From assembly GCA_964512695.1 (NCBI GenBank), contig CAZEJU010000002.1:1-61992 (forward strand): 61,992 bases of DNA, given 5' to 3'. Made by a program: the position numbers and the translations under genes. A model generated the notes under the pieces. That model made no database searches. It had not been told where the DNA came from and saw only the letters and a list, made by a program, of their open reading frames with translations. The DNA comes from an uncultured Gammaproteobacteria bacterium (lineage in GTDB: Bacteria; Patescibacteriota; Microgenomatia; Levybacterales; UBA12049). This document shows, piece by piece, positions 31,846-40,711 of the stretch. Numbering within the stretch: position 1 is the first letter of the stretch; each line of letters starts with the position of its first letter.

Positions 31846-32793
31846 CACTTCTTTCATAACAAAAGGAATTTCATTTGCTAGATCTGACGAATTAAATGTA
31901 TACCCAACTTTTCGGAATAAGCTATCCCCTGCTTTTTTATTTAAATAGCTTCCTACACATGCACTTACATAGAGTTCATTCTTACATGCTAACGCTGCAA
32001 GAAGTCCAGCAAGCACATCACCAGTTCCGCCTTTCGTCATACCTGCATTTCCTCCAGCAATGGAGATACATGCTGAAGGGGAGCAAATAACATCCTCCTC
32101 CCCTTTTAGCAAAATAATACAGTTATATTCTCTTGCGATAAGAGATAAGTGATAAGCAATAAGGTCTAAATCTATTTTGTTTTTCATATCGCTTATTGCT
32201 TGTTGCTTATCGCTAAACAGCATTTCAAACTCTCTCTGATGCGGTGTGATAACAACGTTCCCATTCAACTGTTTCAACCACTCAGGATCCATCATCTGTA
32301 AACTCCCGCCATCGATAACCCATTTTTTATGAGAATACTTATCGAGCAAATATTTTGTTAACCAATATGTCTGCTCCCCCTCATCAGACAATTCATTAAT
32401 GACTTTTAGGTCATAAGTTTTAAGTCCTGAGTTATAAGTATTTTTTTTATTTAGTACTTGTGACTTAGGACTTAAGACTCCTTCACTTCTCATCAATCCC
32501 GGTCCTATGAGTATACAGTCAGCTTCTTCAGCATAATCATCTATCTTCTCTCTAGGAATAACGATACCATTACGAAATTCTGTTTTTGCTTGTCGAACAA
32601 TTTCGTTATTTTCAGGAACTGAAGCATAAAATACCATGTCGACAATTTTACTTGCGATAGTTAGAGCCCATAAGGAAGCAGCGTGAAATAAATGAGAACC
32701 GCCAACGAGAAGCAACTTCCCATTCTGCCCTTTATGAGAATCTGAAGGTGGAATATAGAGATTCTTTAGTAATTGGGGATCAAATTCCTGCAT
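31840..32793 (-). CDS. nnrD: ADP-dependent NAD(P)H-hydrate dehydratase (YjeF C-terminal type)
   Basis: HKGQNGKLLLVGGS ... GGNAGMTKGGTGDVLAGL. Two hairpin-forming repeat inserts lie within the CDS. Confidence 0.85.
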   Translation of the reverse strand: MQEFDPQLLKNLYIPPSDSHKGQNGKLLLVGGSHLFHAASLWALTIASKIVDMVFYASVPENNEIVRQAKTEFRNGIVIPREKIDDYAEEADCILIGPGLMRSEGVLSPKSQVLNKKNTYNSGLKTYDLKVINELSDEGEQTYWLTKYLLDKYSHKKWVIDGGSLQMMDPEWLKQLNGNVVITPHQREFEMLFSDKQQAISDMKNKIDLDLIAYHLSLIAREYNCIILLKGEEDVICSPSACISIAGGNAGMTKGGTGDVLAGLLAALACKNELYVSACVGSYLNKKAGDSLFRKVGYTFNSSDLANEIPFVMKEVL

Positions 32794-32798
32794 ATAAA

Positions 32799-32888
32799 GA
32801 GATTCAGGAACTATGATTCAGATTCAAGAATTTAAAACATAAAAACCCGGCTTTATTCTTGAATCATGAATCTTGTCTCTTGAATCTT
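32799..32888. repeat. Inverted pair of GATTCAR heptamer runs (long imperfect hairpin) between nnrD and recF
   Basis: gagattcaggaactatgattcagattcaagaat ... attcttgaatcatgaatcttgtctcttgaatctt. Confidence 0.85.
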
Positions 32889-32889
32889 A

Positions 32890-33978
32890 CTATCCCAATT
32901 CTATCATCTTTCCCTTACCTATTCCTGCTGCTTCTATAAACTCTTTATGGGTGGTTGTAATAATGGTTTGCTGATTCGTAATGATTCGCAGGATATGCTG
33001 AATATGTATCTCATCAAGTTCTGAAAAAATATCGTCAAGAAGTAATAATGGTTTTTCTTCTACATTTTCTTGCATGTATTGTAACTGTAAAAGCTTCAAT
33101 TGTAATACTGCCAGACGTTGTTGTCCTCGTGATCCAAAAGATTTTAAGGATAAACCTTCTTCCCCCTCACGCTTCATCTCTAAAATGAAATCGTCTCTAT
33201 GCGGACCGACGAGCGTGACACCTGCACCCACTTCTGCTTCTTTATATTGTAAAAGTCGCTCTTCTGAAAGAATACTAGGATCATACGTTAGAGACAAAAG
33301 AAATAATTCTTTCTTTTGCGTATTAACATACTCGATAAAACCTGAACGCTTCTGTGTAACAGTAGTTCCTGCTCGGATAAGTATATCGTCCCAATAGCTA
33401 AATTGTTTTTCTTGTCGTATACCACTTTCTTTAGCTCGTTGGAGCAATGCATTACGCTGACGAAGAGCTTTCGTATACGTTAACAAATCATGCCTGTATT
33501 CTTTATCAGTCTGCTCCAAAACTTCATCCAAAAATCCACGTCGTAAAGAAGGCGAGCCAGAAACGATGTCAAGGTCTGATGGTTCGAAAAGTAGTGCAGG
33601 AGATGTTCCCGCAAAGTCACTTCTCCGTTTTGGTAAACCGTTTAGAAAGTAGCGTTTGGTAAAGATACTACTCGCGACACCAGGCTTTGCGAGAAATACT
33701 TCTATTGTTTTCGCATCACTCGCTTTGCTCGAAGAATAGTTTTTCCTTTCCGACACAACTAACCCCTTCACCCTACTCATAGCTTTCTCCAGTTGTATTA
33801 ACTGCTCATCTTTTTCTGTCCGAAAGCTTTTCCCGTAGGAAAGAAGAAATATCGCTTCGATAATATTCGATTTGCCGGCTGTATTCGGTCCGATAATGTA
33901 AGTAATTCCTGGGTCAAATGAAAAATCTGCCGTTTCATAGCTACGAAAATTTTGAAGTAATAGTCGCTGGAGAATCAT
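32890..33978 (-). CDS. recF: DNA replication and repair protein RecF
   Basis: L.NFRSY N-terminus, Walker A GPNTAGKSN, signature region, and LLLLDDIFSELD (Walker B). Confidence 0.9.
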   Translation of the reverse strand: MILQRLLLQNFRSYETADFSFDPGITYIIGPNTAGKSNIIEAIFLLSYGKSFRTEKDEQLIQLEKAMSRVKGLVVSERKNYSSSKASDAKTIEVFLAKPGVASSIFTKRYFLNGLPKRRSDFAGTSPALLFEPSDLDIVSGSPSLRRGFLDEVLEQTDKEYRHDLLTYTKALRQRNALLQRAKESGIRQEKQFSYWDDILIRAGTTVTQKRSGFIEYVNTQKKELFLLSLTYDPSILSEERLLQYKEAEVGAGVTLVGPHRDDFILEMKREGEEGLSLKSFGSRGQQRLAVLQLKLLQLQYMQENVEEKPLLLLDDIFSELDEIHIQHILRIITNQQTIITTTHKEFIEAAGIGKGKMIELG

Positions 33979-33984
33979 AAATAA

Positions 33985-34100
33985 TACGTACCAATACTAC
34001 CAATAACCCAATAAACAAATCAATGAAGAATGTACACAATTATTTATTTTTCAATTGAAGTATTGATTGGTAGTATTTGTGTATGTGTCATTTGTAGTAT
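33985..34100. repeat. Nested palindromic intergenic element, copy C
   Basis: ACCAATACTACCAATAACCCAATAAACAAATCAATGAAGAAT ... TATTGATTGGTAGTATTTG. It shares termini with copies A and B. Confidence 0.75.
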
Positions 34101-34799
34101 TTACTCTATCACAGTTCCCAAGAAGTCTTTCCCATCGAGGTAGTTTCGAAGGTTGGTAAAATCACTTCCCATAATAACCACTTTTATTCTCCACTCCTGC
34201 GCTTTCTTCGAAGCAATAGGATCAAAAGGGGCATGCATACCAGGATCCCATTCATCACCAACTAGTTTTCGAAATTCATCCCAGGTCAAATGTCCGAAAG
34301 GTCTCGCATTTGCATGTTTCTTTGGATCTTTATCATACACTTGACTGATATTACTTAAGTTAATAACAGTATGCATGTTGTAATCTTCACATAACATAAC
34401 CGCACAATAATCAGTTGAGAATCCTGGTTTCCAACCAGCAGCCACGACCACAGGTTCAGTCACCTTCCGAATAATTTCATAATTTTTAATAATATACGGA
34501 TGGGCAATATCACGAAAAATAGTTCTGATAAGTTGTGCATTTAATCGCGTTGAATGAATGCCTAACCAATCCAAATCATCCCGGGTTAATTCATGATGCA
34601 CTACGTCCCGGCCTGCATCACGATACTGACGAGCTGTCATACCTCCCCCTATAACCAAAAAAAACTGGCGATTCGGATGTAATGCCAGTTCGTCTCGAAT
34701 AAAGCTTGAGAGCTTATTCAAAAAAATAATATCAATTCCCTTGCTTGTAACAATTAAAGAACCACCAACTGAAATAATAATACGCTCACGATGAGACAT
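34101..34799 (-). CDS. pyrH: UMP kinase, archaeal type (amino-acid kinase fold)
   Basis: RIIISVGGSLIV ... VIGGG..AR.Y ... GWKPGFSTD ... NISQVYDKDPKK parallels archaeal UMP kinases as I recall them. The start is set at the Met at 34799 because the longer ORF runs through a palindrome. Confidence 0.7.
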   Translation of the reverse strand: MSHRERIIISVGGSLIVTSKGIDIIFLNKLSSFIRDELALHPNRQFFLVIGGGMTARQYRDAGRDVVHHELTRDDLDWLGIHSTRLNAQLIRTIFRDIAHPYIIKNYEIIRKVTEPVVVAAGWKPGFSTDYCAVMLCEDYNMHTVINLSNISQVYDKDPKKHANARPFGHLTWDEFRKLVGDEWDPGMHAPFDPIASKKAQEWRIKVVIMGSDFTNLRNYLDGKDFLGTVIE

Positions 34800-34884
34800 A
34801 AAAAATTTTAAGCCATGTTTGATACTAGCAAAGAAATGTGGGGAAAACAATGATCTGTTAGTAGGTAACGTTTCGTTGTTAGTA

Positions 34885-34928
34885 GTAACCCATATACTCT
34901 CTACAATTGTAGAGACCATATGGGTTAC
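34885..34928. repeat. 44-nt near-perfect palindrome
   Basis: gtaacccatatactctctacaattgtagagaccatatgggttac. The arms GTAACCCATAT/ATATGGGTTAC enclose TCTCTACAATTGTAGAGA. Confidence 0.85.
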
Positions 34929-35156
34929 AGAAAGCAAGCGGGTTGTAAAAACCTACCTGCATTCAGAAAAACAGCGCAATATGCTATTCTCTTTTGTTTG
35001 GTGGTTTTCACCTCCTTCTGATTCTCAAATTTGAGATTTGTGGCATTCAGTATGCCATATGCGTAATGATTCGTGATTCTTCCCTTTCGGGCCTGCCCTC
35101 TCACCACAACTCTGTGGTAAGAGGGACAGGAGAGATATGAAGTTGTACCAGGCCGG

Positions 35157-35651
35157 CTACTTGGCCGGTGCGCAACCAGTGGCCACCTGGAGCTTCGCCT
35201 CATAGGGCGGGTTAGCCGGGCGGCCATCGACGAAGATACGACCCGTGATATGCACTGGGCCGCACGGCTCTTCGCCGAAGAGATCGCGCCAGGAGTAGAA
35301 CGCCATGATGGCGCTTTCCGCCTTCGGAGCCACCAGATTCGGGCTGGCAGTCAGCTCTCGGCTGACCGTTACGCCCCGATAGGTGGCCCAGATCTTGAAG
35401 CTCACCACCTGCTCAGGCTGGCCGGGCTGTCGCACACCATTGTGTGCAAGCCCATGCAGAATCCCTGTGGGTTGAACCCTGAACGTCGGCTGAACGTCCA
35501 CCGGGATCAGAATTGGCGGGATAGGCCGCTTATCAGTACCGCCATCAGCCGAGGCAGAGCGGTAGTTGAGCGTCATGCCCAACACAACGCCCAGCACTAG
35601 GGCGAACAACGCGGCCACTGGAACGCCAAAACGGCGGAGCGAGAAAGACAT
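35157..35651 (-). CDS. GC-rich ORFan: small secreted or membrane-anchored protein
   Basis: 164-aa ORF with an N-terminal signal/TM (RRFGVPVAALFALVLGVVLG). It is visibly much more G+C-rich than every flanking gene. An SD-like AAAGGGG lies upstream. Confidence 0.55.
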   Translation of the reverse strand: MSFSLRRFGVPVAALFALVLGVVLGMTLNYRSASADGGTDKRPIPPILIPVDVQPTFRVQPTGILHGLAHNGVRQPGQPEQVVSFKIWATYRGVTVSRELTASPNLVAPKAESAIMAFYSWRDLFGEEPCGPVHITGRIFVDGRPANPPYEAKLQVATGCAPAK

Positions 35652-35987
35652 AGCAGTATTCCCCTTTTCGATGTGGTGGACTTAGGTCGGGTTGCGACGC
35701 CTCGAGGCTACATAGCCTGAGGGTGTATGGCTGGTGTTACGCTTGTCGCAGAGCGTAAACCAGGGAGACAGCATTACTGCTGCTCCAAACTCTCTTTTGA
35801 GAGAGCCTTTTTTTATTTCATATGTTTCTCCTTCGTTAGGGTAGAGAAAAGAAAAGACTAAAACAAAGCCGCAAATAGCCATGAAAAATCTTTTCCTTAT
35901 TCTACCTAACGAAAGAAGTATGTTACGCATAAAGTGAGGCTAAACTAAACGCTAGACGCCAAGCGCTTTGCGCTTAATATGCCTCAT

Positions 35988-36225
35988 GCTTGCTTTCTGT
36001 CAAAGAGCTTCGCTTCTTGCGAAGCGATGCAGTCCTGGCGGTACGATCTCATATTAATAAAGATCGTATCCGAGCAGGACAAGGTGCGAAGCACCGCAGT
36101 CCCGGCAATACGAAGTATTGAGCGGAGCAAAGAGCGATTCTTCACTGTTAAACTTAACTTAGAACTAATAAACCAGCTGGGTGCTGCAAACAGCATTTGC
36201 TGGTTAACTTCCCCAAGTTAAGTTT
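35988..36225. ncRNA. GC-elevated, highly structured intergenic segment (possible ncRNA; class and strand unknown)
   Basis: Several clean hairpins: CTTCGC/GCGAAG, GTCCTG..TACGATC-loop-GATCGTA..CAGGAC, GGTGC-GAA-GCACC and AATAC-GAA-GTATT. There is a long-range AAACTTAACTT/AAGTTAAGTTT pairing and a direct repeat GCGAAGC-NNN-GCAGTCCYGGC. Confidence 0.3.
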
Positions 36226-36344
36226 CTATATTATAGGATATTTTGACTTATTTGTCAAGTACTATAAGCCTAACATTGGTTCACTTTCTAATCGAAACTT
36301 TTGAGTTTTGCAGCCGTGAGAGGTTAGTTGTTAGAAGTTAGAAG

Positions 36345-37256
36345 TTATAACACCTGACACACAGCACAGAAGAACGTTCCTCTTCCTCCTAAAGCTATTT
36401 TTTCTATCTTTGCTCCACAGCGTACGCATGGCTTGCCAATTTTTCCATATACGAGAAAGATTTTCTGATATGAGCCTTCCTGACCTAGTGCATCCACATA
36501 TGCCCATTCACTCGAGCCTCCAGCTTCTAGACCTTTTTTCAATACCTCTTCAATCGAATTAAATAACTCTCCTACTTCTTTTTGAGTTAAAGAGTTCGCA
36601 ACCTGCTTCGGATGAATTTTCGCAAGCCACAATGCTTCGTTCGCATAAATATTCCCTACCCCAGCCATTTTTGATTGGTCCATTAGGAGTGGCTTTACTG
36701 GTCCTTTCGTAGAAGCAAGTATTTTCTTAAACATTGCGAGCGTTAACTGTTTAGCCCCTGAGCTTGTCGAAGGGATAAACTCAGGCCCAAGAGATTTAAA
36801 AAATAGAAGTTCACCCACTTCAGAGGTTTTTACTACTTTTATCCACCCAAACTGCCTAACGTCGTTATAATAAAGATATGCTTTGCTACTATCATTTCTC
36901 AACTCTCCATTCTCAACTCTCAACTCAAATATCACGTGTGTCGCTTTCCCGGGCAACTCCCCTACCTTATCTGACAATACAGCTTTTGATACCTTTGATA
37001 CTTTTCCTACCTTCCCCTCTTGAAAAATCAATTGTCCTGTCATCTTAATATGAATTGCGAGACTGTAATCATTATCTAAATCAATTACCAATCCTTTTCC
37101 ATACCTCCGAACACCTGTAATCACAGCGCCAATAATCTGTTTCGGATCACCGCTCAGTTGTTTCGGCAAGCGGATCTCAACATCATCAATAATGTAGCCA
37201 ACGAGGTATTTTTGAAGTTGTTTTCTAATAGTTTCTACTTCAGGTAATTCAGGCAT
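36345..37256 (-). CDS. mutM: Formamidopyrimidine-DNA glycosylase
   Basis: MPELPEVE N-terminus, H2TH region, and a C-terminal zinc finger C.RCG......GGRGTFFC..CQ. Repeat-encoded inserts are present. Confidence 0.9.
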   Translation of the reverse strand: MPELPEVETIRKQLQKYLVGYIIDDVEIRLPKQLSGDPKQIIGAVITGVRRYGKGLVIDLDNDYSLAIHIKMTGQLIFQEGKVGKVSKVSKAVLSDKVGELPGKATHVIFELRVENGELRNDSSKAYLYYNDVRQFGWIKVVKTSEVGELLFFKSLGPEFIPSTSSGAKQLTLAMFKKILASTKGPVKPLLMDQSKMAGVGNIYANEALWLAKIHPKQVANSLTQKEVGELFNSIEEVLKKGLEAGGSSEWAYVDALGQEGSYQKIFLVYGKIGKPCVRCGAKIEKIALGGRGTFFCAVCQVL

Positions 37257-38397
37257 TATTTTTTATTTTTTCATTAATAAAACTTCTCATTTCTTTCATA
37301 AACCGTTCTTTTGAAAACTTCTCAGCCTGCTCTTTACAAACCTTCGGATCAAATTTCATAGTTTCAAATTTTTTAATCGCTTTAGTTAAACTTTCCACAG
37401 TCGGTTCACTAAAAAACACACCTGTTTTTCCATCGATAACTGTTTCTTTATATCCTCCACCATAATATGCGATAACTGGTGTACCACAGAACATGGATTC
37501 CACGGGTGTAATTCCGAAATCTTCATCAGTCGCAAGCGCGAGAAATGCTTTTGCATGTGTATATAAATCAATCAACTCTTCATCAGAAACTCTTCCTAAA
37601 AATTCTATATTCTCATTTGCAGTCTCGGATATTTTCTGCGCCACAGAAGAATATCCAGAAGATACCCCAGCAATTTTTAGTTTGATACCGAGTTTATTCG
37701 CCGCCTCGACAGCTAATTGCAATCCTTTTCCACCTACTAAACGCGCAACGATAAAGTAATAATCCTTCTTGTGATTTTCCATTTTCGATTTTCCATTTTC
37801 CATTAGCAAGTTCACAGGTGGATAAATTACTGTGGATTCTCGGCGATAGAATTTTGCTATACGTTTCTTAACTTCTTCTGAGTTAGCGATAAAATAATGT
37901 ACTCGTTGTGCCGCCCGGAAATCATACATTCTCATGAAGTGTCCTATGATTATTCCGTACAGTTTTATTGGCCAATACCGCTGCCATTCTACAGATGTCG
38001 TATATCCATATAACCACCGAGGGGGCGTATGACAGTAACAAACCTCAATCGGACGTGTAACTTGTGACTTGTAACTTGTAACTTCCTTTACTACCCCTTT
38101 CGTAATATACCAAGAGGCTGAAGTGATGACGATATCGTACCCTGAAAAATCAAAGCTCTTCCAAATGAGCGGAGCTAAAAAACGAAGTGGACTATGAAGT
38201 TTAGTGGGAAAAAAAGGAATCTTATGAACCCACGAAGTAATAATCCGTCGATGTTTAAACCGATCATATGCTGGTGAATCCTTTTTATAAAACGAGGTAT
38301 AAAGAGGAGCATCAGGAAACATTTCGCACAGCGCTTCCAGAACTCTCTCTGCTCCCCCGTATTCTTTTAGATAATCATGGACTAATGCTACTTTCAT
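37249..38397 (-). CDS. Glycosyltransferase family 4 (GT-B fold)
   Basis: EDFGITPVESMFCGTPVIA, the E-x7-E region. Two heptamer inserts are present. Confidence 0.78.
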   Translation of the reverse strand: MKVALVHDYLKEYGGAERVLEALCEMFPDAPLYTSFYKKDSPAYDRFKHRRIITSWVHKIPFFPTKLHSPLRFLAPLIWKSFDFSGYDIVITSASWYITKGVVKEVTSYKSQVTRPIEVCYCHTPPRWLYGYTTSVEWQRYWPIKLYGIIIGHFMRMYDFRAAQRVHYFIANSEEVKKRIAKFYRRESTVIYPPVNLLMENGKSKMENHKKDYYFIVARLVGGKGLQLAVEAANKLGIKLKIAGVSSGYSSVAQKISETANENIEFLGRVSDEELIDLYTHAKAFLALATDEDFGITPVESMFCGTPVIAYYGGGYKETVIDGKTGVFFSEPTVESLTKAIKKFETMKFDPKVCKEQAEKFSKERFMKEMRSFINEKIKNNA

Positions 38398-38474
38398 AAA
38401 GATTCAACAAACAAGATTCAGGATTCAAGAGGTCTTAATCATTCTTGAATCTTAGAATTATAAATCTGAAAGGG

Positions 38475-39146
38475 TTATACTCGATCAATTATTTCGCGTA
38501 ACTCTTCTTCTGTTTCAAGAAAACCTTTCACACCGAGATCTACAAATTCTTCTTTCGCATTATAGCCATTTAATAAAATGTAGCAATTTACTCCTGCACC
38601 TAAAGCAGCCTCCGCACCGATGCGGGTATCTTCTACTGCGAAACAATCCTTTGCTTCCTTTCCCAACTTTTCCACTGCTTTCAGATAAATCTCTGGATTT
38701 GGTTTCGGGTGAGTAACATCATCTTGAGAGATAATATCTCTGAACTTTTCAGTAACACCAAGAGCCTTTAAGGTCATATCAATTGATTTGCGTTTACTAT
38801 TTGAAGCCAGCACAAATGTATGTTTACTTTGTCGCAATACTGAGACAGTTACAGAAACTGGTTGTAAATAAGACACGAGATTATTATGTTTCTCCTGTAT
38901 ATATTCATCTAAGACTTCTTCTGCGTGTTCTGCTTTCTTTAATAGACTGAGAAGAATATCTTTCGTTGTTCTACCGAGAAAACTTTTTTCATGATGTGAG
39001 GTTAGCTCTATCCCCCGCTTTATAAATATAGCCTGCAACATCTTAAAACGTGCCGGTTCACTGATAACCAACACCCCATCCATGTCGAAAATAATCGGTT
39101 TAAGAGTATTCTGATGAAATAATTTCATAGTTGATTCAAAATTCAA
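38475..39146 (-). CDS. HAD-superfamily hydrolase (beta-phosphoglucomutase-like subfamily IA)
   Basis: IIFDMDGVL motif I, S/T motif II, and K...ED motifs III/IV. Confidence 0.8.
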   Translation of the reverse strand: MNFESTMKLFHQNTLKPIIFDMDGVLVISEPARFKMLQAIFIKRGIELTSHHEKSFLGRTTKDILLSLLKKAEHAEEVLDEYIQEKHNNLVSYLQPVSVTVSVLRQSKHTFVLASNSKRKSIDMTLKALGVTEKFRDIISQDDVTHPKPNPEIYLKAVEKLGKEAKDCFAVEDTRIGAEAALGAGVNCYILLNGYNAKEEFVDLGVKGFLETEEELREIIDRV

Positions 39147-39194
39147 GATTTAAGACACTAACTATGATATTTTTCTTAAATCTTACTTCTTATA

Positions 39195-40232
39195 TTATAT
39201 GTCCATTAATCCTAATTGCTGGCCTTTCTTCTTTTCTTCAATCTCTTTAAATAACGGGTTAAAGCGTTTTAATAAACTATTAAACCCATACTGCTCGAAC
39301 ACTTCCAAAGCTCCTTTTATATTCAATTCAGACGTTTTACAGGTTTCCAGCTCACAAGTAATAGGAACATCTCGTAAAATAGTTGCTAGCTTTTTGGCAA
39401 GCGCTGCCTGTTCAGCATCTGTCGCTAATTTCTCAGCGACTTTCGGCGGTAATTCGCCAATGCGTTCATACAGCGCTTCAAAAGTACCAAAATCTTTTAG
39501 TAAACTTGCAGCAGTTTTCGGACCTATACCTGTTACACCTGGATAACCATCTGAAGGATCACCGATTAACGCTTTATAATCGACAAACTGCGATGGTTTT
39601 ACTCCATACTTCTCCTCTACTTTTTTTTCATCATACAAAACAGTTTCTTTCACACCAACGACCGGCATCAACACCTTTGTATTTGTGTTCACAAGCTGTA
39701 ACAAGTCCCTATCCCCTGTCAGTATTATTGTTTCGATATGCTCAGTAATCGGTTTTCTGTTTTCAGTTTTCTGTATCTTGTTTACCAGTTTTCTGTCTAT
39801 CCGATTCTGACTGTTCAGTTGATCAACTGGCTGACCGGTCGCTGACGACTGATCACTAGCAACCGACAACTGCACTTGCGAAGCAAGTGTCCCTATCACA
39901 TCATCAGCTTCAAAACCTTCCACTGCAAATATAGAGATATTCATTTTTTCTAAAGCTTCCCGAAGCATCTCGAATTGAACCGCTAAATCATCTTCCATTT
40001 TAGGACGATGCGCATGGTAGCCAGCATACATTGCTTGTCTGTAAGTAGGAGCTGAGATATCGAAACTGACGATAACATATTCTGGTTGTAGATCTGAAAT
40101 GACAGTAAAAAACATACTAAAAAATCCATACATGGCATTAATTACAGTACCGTCTGGAGCTGTAAGAGGTGGAAGCGCATGATACGCACGATGTACAATC
40201 GCATTACCATCAATTAAAAGAAGCTTAGCCAT
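39195..40232 (-). CDS. 5'-3' exonuclease (stand-alone Pol I N-terminal / FEN-like domain)
   Basis: LLLIDGNAIVHRAYHA, FEADDVIGTLA, TGDRDLLQLV and an H3TH region GVTGIGPKTA. There is a ~41-aa repeat-element insert between FEADD..LA and TGDRD. Confidence 0.88.
   Translation of the reverse strand: MAKLLLIDGNAIVHRAYHALPPLTAPDGTVINAMYGFFSMFFTVISDLQPEYVIVSFDISAPTYRQAMYAGYHAHRPKMEDDLAVQFEMLREALEKMNISIFAVEGFEADDVIGTLASQVQLSVASDQSSATGQPVDQLNSQNRIDRKLVNKIQKTENRKPITEHIETIILTGDRDLLQLVNTNTKVLMPVVGVKETVLYDEKKVEEKYGVKPSQFVDYKALIGDPSDGYPGVTGIGPKTAASLLKDFGTFEALYERIGELPPKVAEKLATDAEQAALAKKLATILRDVPITCELETCKTSELNIKGALEVFEQYGFNSLLKRFNPLFKEIEEKKKGQQLGLMDI
39750..39872. mobile_element. RPE/MITE-like element, second in-frame copy (in the 5'-3' exonuclease gene)
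   Basis: The left end CGGTTTTCTGTTTTC is 13/15 identical to the EndoQ-copy left end. The core is the palindrome CAGTTGATCAACTG followed by CTGACCG/CTGACGA runs. The span is 123 nt, or 41 codons. Confidence 0.65.
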
Positions 40233-40610
40233 GTAGGTATTGTAACATGTGGTTTAGTTCTGTGTTAGAGGTTAGTAGTAAGGTGTTAATTCTTAGAAGT
40301 TATTTAGGAGGTCCGAGTTACGAAAACAGTTTTAATATAAGCTGCTTCAAATTCCGAAGCTCTCATAAAATGTATATAAACACCTACATCCAGAGCTTTT
40401 GATTGGGCCAAAAGCTGATGTAGGCTTTTACATACGTTCTACATTAATCTCCTATCGCTACTAACAATTTTCTTCGCTGGAGAAGCAATCTCTTTCCTTG
40501 TCAACTGACCACAAAAGGAATCCAGAATCTTGAAGTCGCTTCATCTCGATCACCTGGCTGTCCCCTTATTAACAAGCAGTACGCAATAATAATTACTTAA
40601 AGCTTAAAAT

Positions 40611-40666
40611 TTGTAACTCATAACTCATAACTCATAACTTATAACTTGTAACTTATTACTTCTTAT
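40611..40666. repeat. Tandem heptamer array (AACTCAT/AACTTAT/AACTTGT), about 8 units
   Basis: ttgtaactcataactcataactcataacttataacttgtaacttattacttcttat, directly upstream of the promoter at 40677. Confidence 0.9.
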
Positions 40667-40676
40667 ATATTGCCTC

Positions 40677-40705
40677 TTGACAAATGTGCCCTCCTAACAT
40701 ATACT
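40677..40705 (+). promoter_or_regulatory. Near-consensus sigma70 promoter for the orphan RNA
   Basis: TTGACA (40677-40682), a 17-nt spacer, then TATACT (40700-40705). Confidence 0.6.
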
Positions 40706-40711
40706 ATAAGA

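Noticed and set aside
34800-35227. The N-terminal extension of the pyrH ORF (to 34937) and ORF 34925-35227
   Set aside because: The extension is translated through the 44-nt palindrome and precedes the canonical RIIISVGGS start region. ORF 34925-35227 spans the composition boundary, is Arg/Pro-rich, and overlaps the terminator-like stem of the GC-rich gene.
35100-35800. Treating the GC-rich segment as certain horizontal transfer
   Set aside because: I cannot exclude a metagenomic assembly chimera or a locally GC-rich structural RNA region without read support. It is reported as an anomaly rather than a conclusion.
35250-36221. ORFs 35250-35600 (+), 35682-35930 (-), 35979-36221 (+) and 35984-36196 (-)
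   Set aside because: The first is the Arg-rich antisense frame of the GC-rich gene. The others run through stacked hairpins or the leader region, with no SD sequence and implausible composition.
40611-40666. A CRISPR array, considered for the periodic repeats here and elsewhere
   Set aside because: The period is 7 nt with no unique spacers, and there are no 25-40-nt repeats alternating with spacers anywhere in the window. No cas genes are present.
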